From: Steroidobacteraceae bacterium
GTDB lineage: Bacteria; Chloroflexota; Limnocylindria; QHBO01
DNA: 47,057 nucleotides
Assembly: GCA_025935615.1 (NCBI GenBank)
Contig: JAICUY010000004.1
Coordinates: forward strand, 1-47,057
Reading direction: 5' to 3'
The stretch's first letter is position 1, and every line of letters starts with the position of its first letter. Under the pieces are notes generated by a model that saw only the letters and a list, made by a program, of their open reading frames with translations, was not told the origin of the DNA and did not search any database. The position numbers and the translations under genes were made by a program. This document shows, piece by piece, positions 1-9,131 of the stretch.

Positions 1-22
1 CCTACCACTAGACGACGGGGCA
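1..22 (-). tRNA. 5' fragment of a tRNA, probably tRNA-Gln (Glu possible); truncated by window edge
   Basis: Reverse complement TGCCCCG-TC-GTCTAGTGGTAGG = acceptor strand, U8 and D-arm; U at position 1 favours Gln; anticodon is outside the window. Confidence 0.65.
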
Positions 23-44
23 CCGAATCCGCCGGGCAAAGAAA

Positions 45-120
45 TGGAGCGGAAGACGGGACTCGAACCCGCGACCCTCACCTTGGCAAGGTGATGCTCT
101 ACCAACTGAGCCACTTCCGC
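45..120 (-). tRNA. tRNA-Gly(GCC)
   Basis: GCGGAAG...anticodon arm CACCT-TGCCA-AGGTG...GGTTCGAGTCC...TCCA; 76 nt cloverleaf, CCA encoded. Confidence 0.97.
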
Positions 121-153
121 CCGCTCAAACCGATTATGACGCGTCCGCATGCG

Positions 154-229
154 TGGTGCCGAGGGTCAGATTCGAACTGACGACACCCGCCTCTTCAGGG
201 CGGTGCTCTACCAACTGAGCTACCTCGGC
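154..229 (-). tRNA. tRNA-Phe(GAA)
   Basis: GCCGAGG...CCGCC-CTGAAGA-GGCGG...GTTCGAATC...ACCA; 76 nt. Confidence 0.97.
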
Positions 230-333
230 CGGCGTGTCCGATGCCGATCGGTGAGCGCTCGCCCACGTTCGCGTATCGGCGTCGGAAGATAGCACACGAC
301 CCCCCGAGCGGCAACCGAAGCGACCGTGCCCGG

Positions 334-909
334 TCAGGTCGAAAGGTTGACCTCGGGGACCACCGCATCGGCCTCGCCGATCTGGAAATACTGTCGTTCG
401 CCGAACCCGAACAAGCCTGCCACCAGCACGTTGGGGAAGGTCTGCACCGACGTGTTCAGCTCGCGCACCGTCGCGTTGTAGTGCTGCCGCGCGAAGCCGA
501 TCTGGTTCTCCGTGGTGGTCAGCTCCTCCTGCAGCTCGAGCACATTTGCGTTGGCCTTCAGCTCAGGATAGTTCTCGACCACCGCGAACAGCGAGCGCAG
601 AGCACCGGTCAGCGCGTTCTCGGCCGCAGCCGCCTCACCTGCCTGCGCCGGACCCCGCGCGCCGGCGGCCACGGCGGAGGCACGCGCATCGGTCACGTTC
701 TGTAGCGTCTGCTGCTCGAACTGCATGTAGCCCTTGACCGCGTTGACCAGGTTCGGGATCAGGTCGTGGCGGCGCTTGAGCTGGACACTGATCTGGTTCC
801 AGGCCTCGTCGACCTGGTTGCGCAGCCGGACCAGCCCGTTGTAGACGAAGATCAGGAACAGGGCGATGACGGCCAGCACGATCAGCAGGATCCAGACGAC
901 GCTGGGCAT
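334..909 (-). CDS. lemA: LemA family protein
   Basis: N-terminal TM helix, YNGLVRLRNQVDEAW..I.VQLKRRHDLIPNLV, ENYPELKAN, TENQI.FARQHYN; GGAG SD. Confidence 0.95.
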   Translation of the reverse strand: MPSVVWILLIVLAVIALFLIFVYNGLVRLRNQVDEAWNQISVQLKRRHDLIPNLVNAVKGYMQFEQQTLQNVTDARASAVAAGARGPAQAGEAAAAENALTGALRSLFAVVENYPELKANANVLELQEELTTTENQIGFARQHYNATVRELNTSVQTFPNVLVAGLFGFGERQYFQIGEADAVVPEVNLST

Positions 910-956
910 GGTCTCCTCCGTCTTCCTCGGTCCCCGGTGCGGCCGGTAGCCGTGGC

Positions 957-1033
957 TGGTGGGCGGTGAGGGACTCGAACCCCCGACCCCCTCGGTGTAA
1001 GCGAGGTGCTCTGACCGGCTGAGCTAACCGCCC
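957..1033 (-). tRNA. tRNA-Val(TAC)
   Basis: GGGCGGT...CCTCG-CTTACAC-CGAGG...GGTTCGAGTCC...ACCA; 77 nt. Confidence 0.97.
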
Positions 1034-1059
1034 GGTGCGGGCGATGGTAGCCGAAGGAT

Positions 1060-1144
1060 TGGTGCCCAGGCCGGGACTTGAACCCGGATGAGTTGCCTCA
1101 TACGCCCCTCAAACGTACGCGTATACCAATTCCGCCACCTGGGC
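1060..1144 (-). tRNA. tRNA-Leu(GAG)
   Basis: GCCCAGGTGGCGGAATTGGTATACGCG, arm TACGT-TTGAGGG-GCGTA, long variable arm, GGTTCAAGTCC, ACCA. Confidence 0.96.
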
Positions 1145-1159
1145 CCGATGCTGAGGGTG

Positions 1160-1247
1160 TGGTACCGAGGGAGGGACTTGAACCCACACGACCGTAATGG
1201 TCACTAGGTCCTGAACCTAGCGCGTCTGCCTATTCCGCCACCTCGGC
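1160..1247 (-). tRNA. tRNA-Leu(CAG)
   Basis: GCCGAGGTGGCGGAATAGGCAGACGCG, arm CTAGG-TTCAGGA-CCTAG, long variable arm, ACCA; TAGAAT -10 at 1258-1263. Confidence 0.96.
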
Positions 1248-1313
1248 GCGGAGGGAGATTCTAGCGTACCGGCGCCGGCCCGTCGATCGACCGGCGAGCC
1301 GTTGAAGCGTCGC

Positions 1314-1538
1314 CTACAGACCGCCCTGCGGCAGCAGGTTGAGCAGCGAGAAGACGACGAACAGGACGGCCAGCACGATCGTCAGCCGGAACAGCGTGCG
1401 CTCGATGCCACGCCGGCTGCGGTAGGCGGTCACCTCGCCGCCGAAGGCGCCGCCGAGGCCCGTCCCGCGCTGCTGGAGCAGGATCGAGGCGATGAGCGCC
1501 ACGGCCAGGATCATCTGCGCGATGGTCAGCGGGGTCAT
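1314..1538 (-). CDS. secG: Preprotein translocase subunit SecG
   Basis: 74 aa, two TM helices flanking ILLQQRGTGLGGAFGG and RRGIERTLFRLT; follows tpiA/gpmI. Confidence 0.95.
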   Translation of the reverse strand: MTPLTIAQMILAVALIASILLQQRGTGLGGAFGGEVTAYRSRRGIERTLFRLTIVLAVLFVVFSLLNLLPQGGL

Positions 1539-1560
1539 AGGGCGCGGAGTATAGCAGCGG

Positions 1561-3093
1561 TCATTCGATGAGGCTGTGGCCGGTCATCTCCGGCCCCGGC
1601 GGGATGCCGAGCAGCTGGCAGACCGTCGGCGCCACGTCGGCCAGCAGGCCGTCGCGCAGGTGCGCGGCCTCGTACCCGGTCGCCACCAGCGCGAGTGGCA
1701 CCGGCGAGGTGGTGTGCTTCGTCTGCGGCTGGCCGTGCTCGTCGCGCATCTGCTCGATGTTGCCGTGGTCGGCGGTGATGATGAGGGCTGCATCGGTGCC
1801 GAGGGTTGCGCGAACGAGCCGTCCGAGACAGGCGTCGACCACCTCGGCCGCCTCGACCGCCGCGTCCCACACCCCGGTGTGGCCGACCATGTCCGGGTTG
1901 GCGTAGTTGGCGACGATGAAGCCGTACTCGCGTTGCTCGATCGCCTCCACCAGGCGGTCGGTGATCTGCGGTGCGCGCATCGCCGGCGCCTTGTCGTAGG
2001 TTGCCACCTCCCGGTCGGACGGCACCAGGACGCGATCCTCGCCGGGGAACGGCGCCTCCACCCCACCGTTGAAGAAGTAGGTCACGTGTGCGTACTTCTC
2101 GGTCTCCGCGATGTGCAGCTGCCGGATGCCCCGGCGCGACAGCTCGGCGGCCAGCGAGTCGATCCGCAGCGGGGGGAAGGCGACCGCGACCGGCAGCTCG
2201 TCCGGCGACTGATACTCGGTCAGCGTGGCAAACGCCAGTTCGGTGGGCATGGCGCCCCGGTCGAAGGCGTCGAAATCGTCGAGCACGAAGGCCTGCGTCA
2301 GCTGCCGCGCCCGGTCGGCGCGGAAGTTCATGTGAATCACCGCGTCGCGGTCGTGCACCGTCCCTTCGGACAGCACCACCGTCGGCTCGATGAACTCGTC
2401 GGATACGTCGCGCGCATACGATTCGGCGACGGCCTCGCGCGGGGTGTCAGCCGATCGACCGATGCCGTGCACGATCGCGTGCCACGCCCGCTGCGTACGC
2501 TCCCAGCGCTGGTCGCGGTCCATGGCGTAGTAACGGCCGCTGACCGTCGCGATGCGCGCCAGGCCGGCAAGCCGCTGCTCGAGGGCCGGCAGGATCTCGA
2601 TCGCGGACCGCGGAGGCGTGTCCCGACCGTCGGTGAACGCATGCAGGAAGACGCGGTCCGCCGGCAGGCCCCGCGCATGGGCCAGGCGCGCCATGGCGAC
2701 GATGTGCTCATCGACCGCGTGGATGCCGCCAGGCCCCACCAGGCCGAGCAGGTGCAGCCGGCCATCGTGGTGCAGCGCGTGATCGACGGTCGCGTCCAGG
2801 ACCTCGTTCCGAGCGAACGAGCCGTCTTCGATCGCTCGCGTGATACGCGGCAGGTCCTGGAGCACCGGAAAGCCGGCCCCGAGGTTGAGATGGCCCACCT
2901 CGCTGTTGCCCATCTGTCCCGCGGGCAGGCCCACCGCCGTGCCGGACGCCTGCAGCTCGCAGGTCGGCCACTCGTCGACGATGCGCCGCCAGTTCCACAT
3001 CGCGGCGGCCAGCAGCGCGTTGCGCTGCGGATCGTCATTCACGCCGAAGCCGTCCAGCACGCACAGGACGACGCGGTGGACAGCGTCGATCAC
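1561..3093 (-). CDS. gpmI: 2,3-bisphosphoglycerate-independent phosphoglycerate mutase
   Basis: LDGFG, GQMGNSEVGH, DGRD, GRYYAMDRD, AETEKYAHVTYFFNGG, NPDMVGHTG, TADHGN. Confidence 0.98.
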   Translation of the reverse strand: MIDAVHRVVLCVLDGFGVNDDPQRNALLAAAMWNWRRIVDEWPTCELQASGTAVGLPAGQMGNSEVGHLNLGAGFPVLQDLPRITRAIEDGSFARNEVLDATVDHALHHDGRLHLLGLVGPGGIHAVDEHIVAMARLAHARGLPADRVFLHAFTDGRDTPPRSAIEILPALEQRLAGLARIATVSGRYYAMDRDQRWERTQRAWHAIVHGIGRSADTPREAVAESYARDVSDEFIEPTVVLSEGTVHDRDAVIHMNFRADRARQLTQAFVLDDFDAFDRGAMPTELAFATLTEYQSPDELPVAVAFPPLRIDSLAAELSRRGIRQLHIAETEKYAHVTYFFNGGVEAPFPGEDRVLVPSDREVATYDKAPAMRAPQITDRLVEAIEQREYGFIVANYANPDMVGHTGVWDAAVEAAEVVDACLGRLVRATLGTDAALIITADHGNIEQMRDEHGQPQTKHTTSPVPLALVATGYEAAHLRDGLLADVAPTVCQLLGIPPGPEMTGHSLIE

Positions 3094-3905
3094 GAGCGCG
3101 TTGCTTCGGCCGATGGTGTGCGCCGGTGCGCTGCGGCCGCCTCGGCGGCGGCCACGATGGCCTCGAACGAGGCCGCGTCGAGGGAGCCGCCGCCGACCAG
3201 GGCCCCGTCGATGTCCGGGCAGTCGAAGAAGGCGCGCGCGTTGTCGCCGGTGACGCTTCCGCCATAGAGGATCGGCACCTGCGGCGCGGCGTCCGCATCA
3301 ACCGTCCCGAGCAGCTCCCGGATCCTGGCCGCCACCACCTGGGCGTCGGCCGGCGAGGCCGCCTCGCCGCTGCCGATGGCCCACACCGGCTCGTAGGCGA
3401 TGACCAGCCCGCTGCCGTGGATGGCCTCCAGCCGCGACACGGCGGCATGCAGCTGGCGGTCGACGACCTCCTCGGTCCGGCCGGCGCGCCGCTCCTCGAT
3501 CCGCTCCCCGATCGCCGCGATCGGCCGGATGCCGTGCGCCACCGCCGAGGCGACCTTGGCGGCCACGCCCTCATCCGTTTCCCCGTCGTTGGCGCGGCGC
3601 TCGGAGTGGCCCACGATGACGAAGCCGGCAAGGCCGGCGAGCATCAGCGGGGACGTCTCGCCGGTGAACGCGCCGCGTTCCTCGGCGGCCATGGTCTGGG
3701 CACCGACGGCCAGGCGGCTGGGACCCACCTCGGCAGCGACCTCGGCGAGGAACACCGTTGGCGGGCAGATGACCGTGGTGACCGCCTGGTGACGCGCAGC
3801 GGTCGCGGCCGCGGCGCGGGCCAGCATGAGCGCGTCGGAGCGCGCGGTCGGGTTCATCTTCCAGTTACCGGCCACCAGAGGCTGCATCGGACGGGTGCGG
3901 GTCAT
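3090..3905 (-). CDS. tpiA: Triosephosphate isomerase (start re-called at ATG 3905)
   Basis: AGNWKMN, GHSERR, AYEPVWAIG, LYGGSV, LVGGGSL; ATG overlaps whiA stop (ATGA). Confidence 0.97.
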   Translation of the reverse strand: MTRTRPMQPLVAGNWKMNPTARSDALMLARAAAATAARHQAVTTVICPPTVFLAEVAAEVGPSRLAVGAQTMAAEERGAFTGETSPLMLAGLAGFVIVGHSERRANDGETDEGVAAKVASAVAHGIRPIAAIGERIEERRAGRTEEVVDRQLHAAVSRLEAIHGSGLVIAYEPVWAIGSGEAASPADAQVVAARIRELLGTVDADAAPQVPILYGGSVTGDNARAFFDCPDIDGALVGGGSLDAASFEAIVAAAEAAAAHRRTPSAEATRS

Positions 3906-4744
3906 GTCGCCTCGTCCTGCGCGATCTGGACCAGCCGCCGCAGGCGGTGGTTGACCGCCGAGCGGCTGATCCCGAGCGCCGCGGCCATGTCGTCGAGATC
4001 GGCGTCGGGCTGGAGGCGGCGACGCCGGGCGACCTCGCGCAGCGCCTCGGGCAGGCGCTGCAATCCGCCGCTGGCTTCGAGCCGGCGTATCGCCTGCAAC
4101 TGGCGGTCGGCAGCGCGCACCGTCCGGTCCAGGTTCGCCTCCTCGGCGTTCAGCAGCCGGTTGAGACGGTTGTGGACGTCGCGCCCGACCCGCGCCGTCT
4201 CGAGGTCGAGCACCCCGCGGTTGGCCCCGGTCAGGCGCAGCAGCTCCGCGATCTGCTCCTGGCCTTTCAGGTAGACGACGTGGCGGCCGCGCCGATCGAG
4301 CTGTGCCGCGCCGACGCCGACCGAGGCAAGACGCCGTCGCAGCTCGTTCGCGGTCGACCGACCCGCGAAGACGAACTCGATGTGCGGCCCACGGGCCCCA
4401 AACGAGAGGGACCCGGATCGCAGCAGGACGCCGCGCAGGAAGGCGCGCCGGTCCGCGGCATCGGCGGCATGCCAGTCCCAGCCCTCGGCCAGCGCCGGGT
4501 CGACTTCGACGCGCAGGTGATGACGTCCCGGCGCCGCGGACGTGACCACGGCTCGCGGTGCGCCGACCGTCATGCCCAGCGAGCCGGCCAATGCCACGGC
4601 CGTCCGGGCCGTGGCGTGATCGAGGCTGCTGATGGTTCCGGTCTGGTCGCCATACAGCAGGCCGACCAGCTCGGCACGCCGGCAGCACTCATGGGCGGGA
4701 TGGATGCGGGCCAGCTCTCCCTTGACCTCGCTGGCGACCAGCAT
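3902..4744 (-). CDS. whiA: DNA-binding protein WhiA (start uncertain)
   Basis: SEVKGELAR..CCRRAELVG, AFLRGVLLRSGS, VYLK, NRLNRLLNAEEANL, C-terminal HTH ISRSAVNHRLRRL; rapZ-yvcK-whiA order. Confidence 0.93.
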   Translation of the reverse strand: MLVASEVKGELARIHPAHECCRRAELVGLLYGDQTGTISSLDHATARTAVALAGSLGMTVGAPRAVVTSAAPGRHHLRVEVDPALAEGWDWHAADAADRRAFLRGVLLRSGSLSFGARGPHIEFVFAGRSTANELRRRLASVGVGAAQLDRRGRHVVYLKGQEQIAELLRLTGANRGVLDLETARVGRDVHNRLNRLLNAEEANLDRTVRAADRQLQAIRRLEASGGLQRLPEALREVARRRRLQPDADLDDMAAALGISRSAVNHRLRRLVQIAQDEAT

Positions 4745-4778
4745 CGGGCTCGATGGCGACGTCAGGCGGACAGTGCCG

Positions 4779-6098
4779 TCACGACGCCGTCGCCGTCGGG
4801 CGGGCGAAGCGCCGCTGGCGGGGACGGTCGCCACGGTCCTCCTGCTGCAGCCGCATCAGGGCCGCGGCCAGCTTGGCGGGATCGTGGCGGTGGGCGTTGG
4901 CGACGTCGATGAGGTCCTCCTCGATGACGACGACCGGCAGCTCCTCGAGGCGCCGTATGTCGAGCTCCACCGGCTCGGCCTCCCAGTGTTGCGGGCGACG
5001 CGCCTTGCGGTTGTCGTTGATCAGGACGTAGTCGATGAGTCCTTCGCCGATGTGGTTGAAGAGCGCCTCGAGGTGCTCGGCGGCCGAGAAATGCTCCGTC
5101 TCGCCCGGCTGGGTCGCGACATTGCAGACGTAGATGCGCAGGCCGCCGGCCGCGGCAATCGCGTCGCGGATATCGGTGATCAGCAGGTTGGGCAGGACGC
5201 TCGAGAAGAGGCTTCCGGGACCGATGACGATCATGTCCGCTTCGAGGATCCGCTCGAGCGCCTCCGGATTGGCGCGCACGTCGGCGGGCTCGATCGTCAC
5301 CTGGCCGATCGGCTCCTCGGCGTGGCTGATCGAGACCTGGCCCTGAAGGTGCCGGCCGGACTCGAGCGTGGCGCCCAGGTTGAGCGGGACGCTCGTGGCC
5401 GGCAAGACCTGGCCGCGCACCGCAAGGACACGGTTCGACTCGCGCACCGCCTCCTCGAAGTCACCGGTCACTGCCGTCATGGCGGCGATGAACAGGTTGC
5501 CGAAGGCGTGGTCGTCAAGCCCGGAGCCGGCCGGGAAGCGGTACTGCATCAGCTGCGTCATCAGCGGCTCGGCGTCGGCCAGCGCTGCGATGCAGTTGCG
5601 GATGTCGCCGGGCGGGATGATCCCCAGCTGCTGGCGCAGCCGCCCCGACGAGCCACCGTCGTCGGCGACCGCCACCACCGCCGTGATATTGGCGCTGTAG
5701 CCCTTCAGCCCGCGCAGCAGCGTCGATAGCCCGGTCCCGCCACCGATGGCCACGATCCGCGGTCCGCGCGCCAGGTAGCGCTTGGTGTAGAGGACCTCCA
5801 TCACCGAGTTGCCGCGGCTGACGAACGGCGATACGACGCTGCGCATCAGGCCCCAGACGCCGACCGCGGTCACGGCCAGACCGATGCCGGCGAAGATCGC
5901 GGCGCGCAGCTCGGGCGGCATCCAGGCACCGGTCAGGGCGTAGATGATCGGGATGTCGTCGCCGGTGGACCGATACAGGTCGCGCACGAAGACGGCGGCA
6001 CCGAGTCCCAGGACCAGGATGCCCATGAAGACGAGCACCAGCCAGCGCTTGAGGTGCATTCCGGGGTACAGCCAGCGCGGGATGCGCAGGCGTCTCAT
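4779..6098 (-). CDS. yvcK: YvcK/CuvA (UPF0052) gluconeogenesis factor with N-terminal membrane extension
   Basis: IGGGTGLS.LLRGLK, DDGGSSGRLR, PPGDIRNC, GPGSLFSS, CNVATQPGET, RHD; ATG overlaps rapZ stop. Confidence 0.94.
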   Translation of the reverse strand: MRRLRIPRWLYPGMHLKRWLVLVFMGILVLGLGAAVFVRDLYRSTGDDIPIIYALTGAWMPPELRAAIFAGIGLAVTAVGVWGLMRSVVSPFVSRGNSVMEVLYTKRYLARGPRIVAIGGGTGLSTLLRGLKGYSANITAVVAVADDGGSSGRLRQQLGIIPPGDIRNCIAALADAEPLMTQLMQYRFPAGSGLDDHAFGNLFIAAMTAVTGDFEEAVRESNRVLAVRGQVLPATSVPLNLGATLESGRHLQGQVSISHAEEPIGQVTIEPADVRANPEALERILEADMIVIGPGSLFSSVLPNLLITDIRDAIAAAGGLRIYVCNVATQPGETEHFSAAEHLEALFNHIGEGLIDYVLINDNRKARRPQHWEAEPVELDIRRLEELPVVVIEEDLIDVANAHRHDPAKLAAALMRLQQEDRGDRPRQRRFARPTATAS

Positions 6099-7069
6099 CG
6101 CTCCAGCTCCCGGTGGAAGACGGCGACGTTCATGCCGCCCAGGCGCCGGAGGCGCTCGGCCAGCTCCTCGGCCCGCGCGATGGAGCGGTGATAACCGCCG
6201 GTGCAACCCAGCGCGACCATGAGCCGGGACTTGCCCTCGGTGCGGTAGGCCGGCACGGTCAGCTGCAGCAGCTCGACCACCAGCTCCAGGAAGCGGCTGG
6301 CCTGGGGCTGGCCGAGGACGTAGTCGCGCACCGGCTGCTGCAGCCCGGAGAGCGGCTTGAGGTCGGCGACGTAGTAGGGATTGGTCAGGAAGCGGACGTC
6401 GAAGACGAGATCGGCCTCGAGCGGAATGCCGAACTTGAAGCCGAACGTCAGCACGTCGACCTGCAGCACATCGGTGACGCCCTCGCGCGGGACGAGGCTG
6501 AACAGCCGCTCCTTGAGCTGGCCGATCGAGCAGCCGCTCGTGTCGAGGACGTGGTCGGCAACATCGCGGGTGCGGGCCAGGCGGCGGCGCTCCTCGACGA
6601 TGCCGGCCTGGATCCCGCGGCGCGACTGCAGCGGGTGCCGATGCCGCGTCTCGCTGAAGCGACTCACCAGGTTGGCGTCGTTTGCCTCCAGGAACAGGAC
6701 GGTCATCGGCACGCCCCGGGCCGCCAGCGCGTCACGTGCATTCTCGATGGCCGGGGAGGGGTCGCCGGCTCGGATGTCGAGCACCAGCGCGACGTCCCGG
6801 TACCGCTCCGGGTCCTCATCGCGAAGGACGAGAAACCCCTCCAACAGGTCAGGCGGCAGGTTGTCGACGCAGTAGTAGCCGAGGTCCTCGAACAGCTTGC
6901 TCGCCTGGCTCTTGCCGGCGCCGGACAGGCCGCTGATGACGACGACGTTGCCCGACCCGACGGCGGCGTCAGCCGAGCGCGGCGCCGCAGGGCCGGCGGT
7001 GCCTGCCGGCCGGTCGCCGGTTCGGCGCGATCGCGACGTCGTCGCGGCCGATCCCGTTGATCGTGGCAT
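6095..7069 (-). CDS. rapZ: RNase adapter / P-loop protein RapZ (YvcJ)
   Basis: ISGLSGAGKS, FEDLGYYCVDNLP, RFSETRHRHPL, FGFKFG.P..ADLVFDVRFL.NP, GCTGG.HRS; TATACT at 7101-7106. Confidence 0.96.
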   Translation of the reverse strand: MPRSTGSAATTSRSRRTGDRPAGTAGPAAPRSADAAVGSGNVVVISGLSGAGKSQASKLFEDLGYYCVDNLPPDLLEGFLVLRDEDPERYRDVALVLDIRAGDPSPAIENARDALAARGVPMTVLFLEANDANLVSRFSETRHRHPLQSRRGIQAGIVEERRRLARTRDVADHVLDTSGCSIGQLKERLFSLVPREGVTDVLQVDVLTFGFKFGIPLEADLVFDVRFLTNPYYVADLKPLSGLQQPVRDYVLGQPQASRFLELVVELLQLTVPAYRTEGKSRLMVALGCTGGYHRSIARAEELAERLRRLGGMNVAVFHRELER

Positions 7070-7110
7070 CTGCGTGCTTCCTCGGCGAGGTCGTCGTCCG
7101 AGTATAGCCG

Positions 7111-8079
7111 TCAGGCGCCACGCGTCCCGCGCTCGAGCCCGTCGAGCAGTCCCTGGACGGTTGCCGCTGCGGAGGCACGCAGCGCGTCGAGGTCGTATCC
7201 GCCTTCGAGGGTGAGGGCCACCCCGCGAAGCTCCAGCCGCGCGGCCAGCTCGCCGAGCGCGGTGGCCACGTCCCAGTAGCCACGGTCGGTAACCTCGAGG
7301 TCGGCGAGTGGATCGGCCGCGTGGGCGTCGTAGCCGGCCGACACGAGAATCGCCTCGGGCCGGAAGGCCGCGACCGCCGGCAGCAGCTCGCCGGTCCAGG
7401 CCGACACGAACGCCGCGTCGCCGCTTCCCGGGGAGAGGGGCACGTTGTGCTTCGTCCCCGCGCCCGATCCCACGCCCTGCTCGTCCCGATTGCCACTCCC
7501 CGGGAAGAGCGGAACCTGGTGGGTCGAGGCGTAGCACAGGTCCGGGTCCGCGCCGAAGATCTCCTGCGTCCCATCGCCATGGTGCACGTCCCAGTCGACG
7601 ATCGCCACGCGTCGTGCGAGGCCGGCGGCGCGCAGCGCCGCCACCGCCAGCGCGACGTTGTTGAGCAGGCAGAACCCGCTCGCCCGCTCCGCTCCTGCGT
7701 GGTGTCCCGGCGGCCGCACCACCGCGAACGCCACGTCCGCCTCGCCGTGCCCTACGGCGCTCGCGGCCTGGATCGTGGCACCTGCCGCCAGCCGCGCCGC
7801 GCGCATCGAGTCGCGACCGAGGTACGTATCCGGATCGAGCCAGCCGCCGCCGGCCGCGGCCGCCTCGTCGAGCGCGGTCAGGTATCGGTCCGCATGCACC
7901 GGCGTGATCGCCTCATCCCCGACGGGCTGCACCGCACGGCGCTCCAGGCGTGCTCCGGCTGCGGCCGCGCCATTGGCCACCCCGCCCTCGACCGCCGCCA
8001 GCCGTTCCGGCCGTTCCGGATGGTCGGGAGGAGCATGGAGCGCCATGGCCGCATCTGTCAGCAGCAGGACGGTCCGCAT
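7111..8079 (-). CDS. Zinc-dependent histone deacetylase family protein (AcuC/APAH-like)
   Basis: HPERPERL, RPPGHHA, GFCLLNN, DWDVHHGDG, SAGYDAH..DPL, LEGGY. Confidence 0.93.
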   Translation of the reverse strand: MRTVLLLTDAAMALHAPPDHPERPERLAAVEGGVANGAAAAGARLERRAVQPVGDEAITPVHADRYLTALDEAAAAGGGWLDPDTYLGRDSMRAARLAAGATIQAASAVGHGEADVAFAVVRPPGHHAGAERASGFCLLNNVALAVAALRAAGLARRVAIVDWDVHHGDGTQEIFGADPDLCYASTHQVPLFPGSGNRDEQGVGSGAGTKHNVPLSPGSGDAAFVSAWTGELLPAVAAFRPEAILVSAGYDAHAADPLADLEVTDRGYWDVATALGELAARLELRGVALTLEGGYDLDALRASAAATVQGLLDGLERGTRGA

Positions 8080-8085
8080 CGGTCC

Positions 8086-8811
8086 TCAGGGACGAACGCG
8101 GCGCATGACGAACATCGACGCCTCGAACAGGACGTACATGACGCCTGACATGATGAGCGGCGAGAAGATATCGCCGCCGGGCGTGACGATCGTCGAGAAG
8201 ATCACGATGCCGACGATGATCGAGCGCCGGCGGCGTGCCACCGCCCGGTGGTTCAGCACGCCCACCCGCGCCAGACCGATGAGCACGATCGGGAACTCCA
8301 TCACCAGCCCGAACGCGAGCAGCATGGCCCCGGTGAAACCGATGTAGTCGTCGATCGTCAGCAGCGGCGGGAAGTCCTCGCGCGCGAACGACAGCAGGAA
8401 GCCGAGCGCGAAGGGCAGGATGAGGTAGCCGACCACCAGGCCCAGCACGAAGAGGAGGGTGGCGGCGATGATCACCGGCCATACCACGCGTCGCTCGCCG
8501 CGAGTGAGCCCCGGCGTGACGAAGCGCCAGGCCTCGAACAGGATGATCGGCATGGCAAAGGCGATGCCGAGGTAGAAGGCGATCTTCAGCTTGGCGGCGA
8601 AGGCGCCGACCGGGCTGGTGAAGTACAGGACGTCGTACTTGTCGGGCAATGGCGCGCGCAGGAGGTCGATGGCGGCGTCTGACAGGACGAAGCCGAGCAC
8701 CGCGGCAACCACGACCGCGACGACGCTGATGATGAGCCGGGTGCGCAGCTCGGTGAGGTGCTCGACGAGGGTCATGCTCCCCGCGTCATCGGTCACCGCA
8801 ATGTCCCTCAC
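8086..8811 (-). CDS. tatC: Twin-arginine translocase subunit TatC
   Basis: MTLVEHLTELRTRL, WRFVTPGL..GE, multiple TM helices, TPGGD; next to tatA. Confidence 0.96.
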   Translation of the reverse strand: MRDIAVTDDAGSMTLVEHLTELRTRLIISVVAVVVAAVLGFVLSDAAIDLLRAPLPDKYDVLYFTSPVGAFAAKLKIAFYLGIAFAMPIILFEAWRFVTPGLTRGERRVVWPVIIAATLLFVLGLVVGYLILPFALGFLLSFAREDFPPLLTIDDYIGFTGAMLLAFGLVMEFPIVLIGLARVGVLNHRAVARRRRSIIVGIVIFSTIVTPGGDIFSPLIMSGVMYVLFEASMFVMRRVRP

Positions 8812-8874
8812 ACGATCGGACGGGCGCCGCCCTGCGCGCGCCCGTCCCTTGGTCGGCTGGAGCCGATGGAACTG

Positions 8875-9105
8875 CTAGTGCGTCTGCTCGCCCGGATCCC
8901 GCGTGACCGGCTCCACCGGCTGTGCGGGCTTCTCCTCGCGCTTCGGTTCACCGCGGACCGCGTCCTCGATGTCGGACGATGCGCGGCGGAACTCGCGGAT
9001 CCCCTTGCCGATGGCATTGCCGATGTCCGGCAACTTGCCCGGGCCGAAGATGATCAGCACGATCACCAGCACCAGGATCAGCTCCCATGGTCCGGGAACT
9101 GGCAT
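8875..9105 (-). CDS. tatA: Twin-arginine translocase subunit TatA
   Basis: GPWELILVLVIVLIIFGPGKLPDIG.AIGKGIREFRRA; GGAGG SD; TG-n-TACACT at 9142-9150. Confidence 0.96.
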   Translation of the reverse strand: MPVPGPWELILVLVIVLIIFGPGKLPDIGNAIGKGIREFRRASSDIEDAVRGEPKREEKPAQPVEPVTRDPGEQTH

Positions 9106-9131
9106 GAAATCGACCTCCGCGACGCGATTGG

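Noticed and set aside
3906-4688. N-terminal extensions in the ORF track (tpiA 532 aa, yvcK 475 aa, rapZ 480 aa, TadG-like 987 aa, Rieske 465 aa) as fusions
   Set aside because: Extensions overlap neighbouring genes and are low-information; downstream starts have stop/start overlaps or -10 boxes
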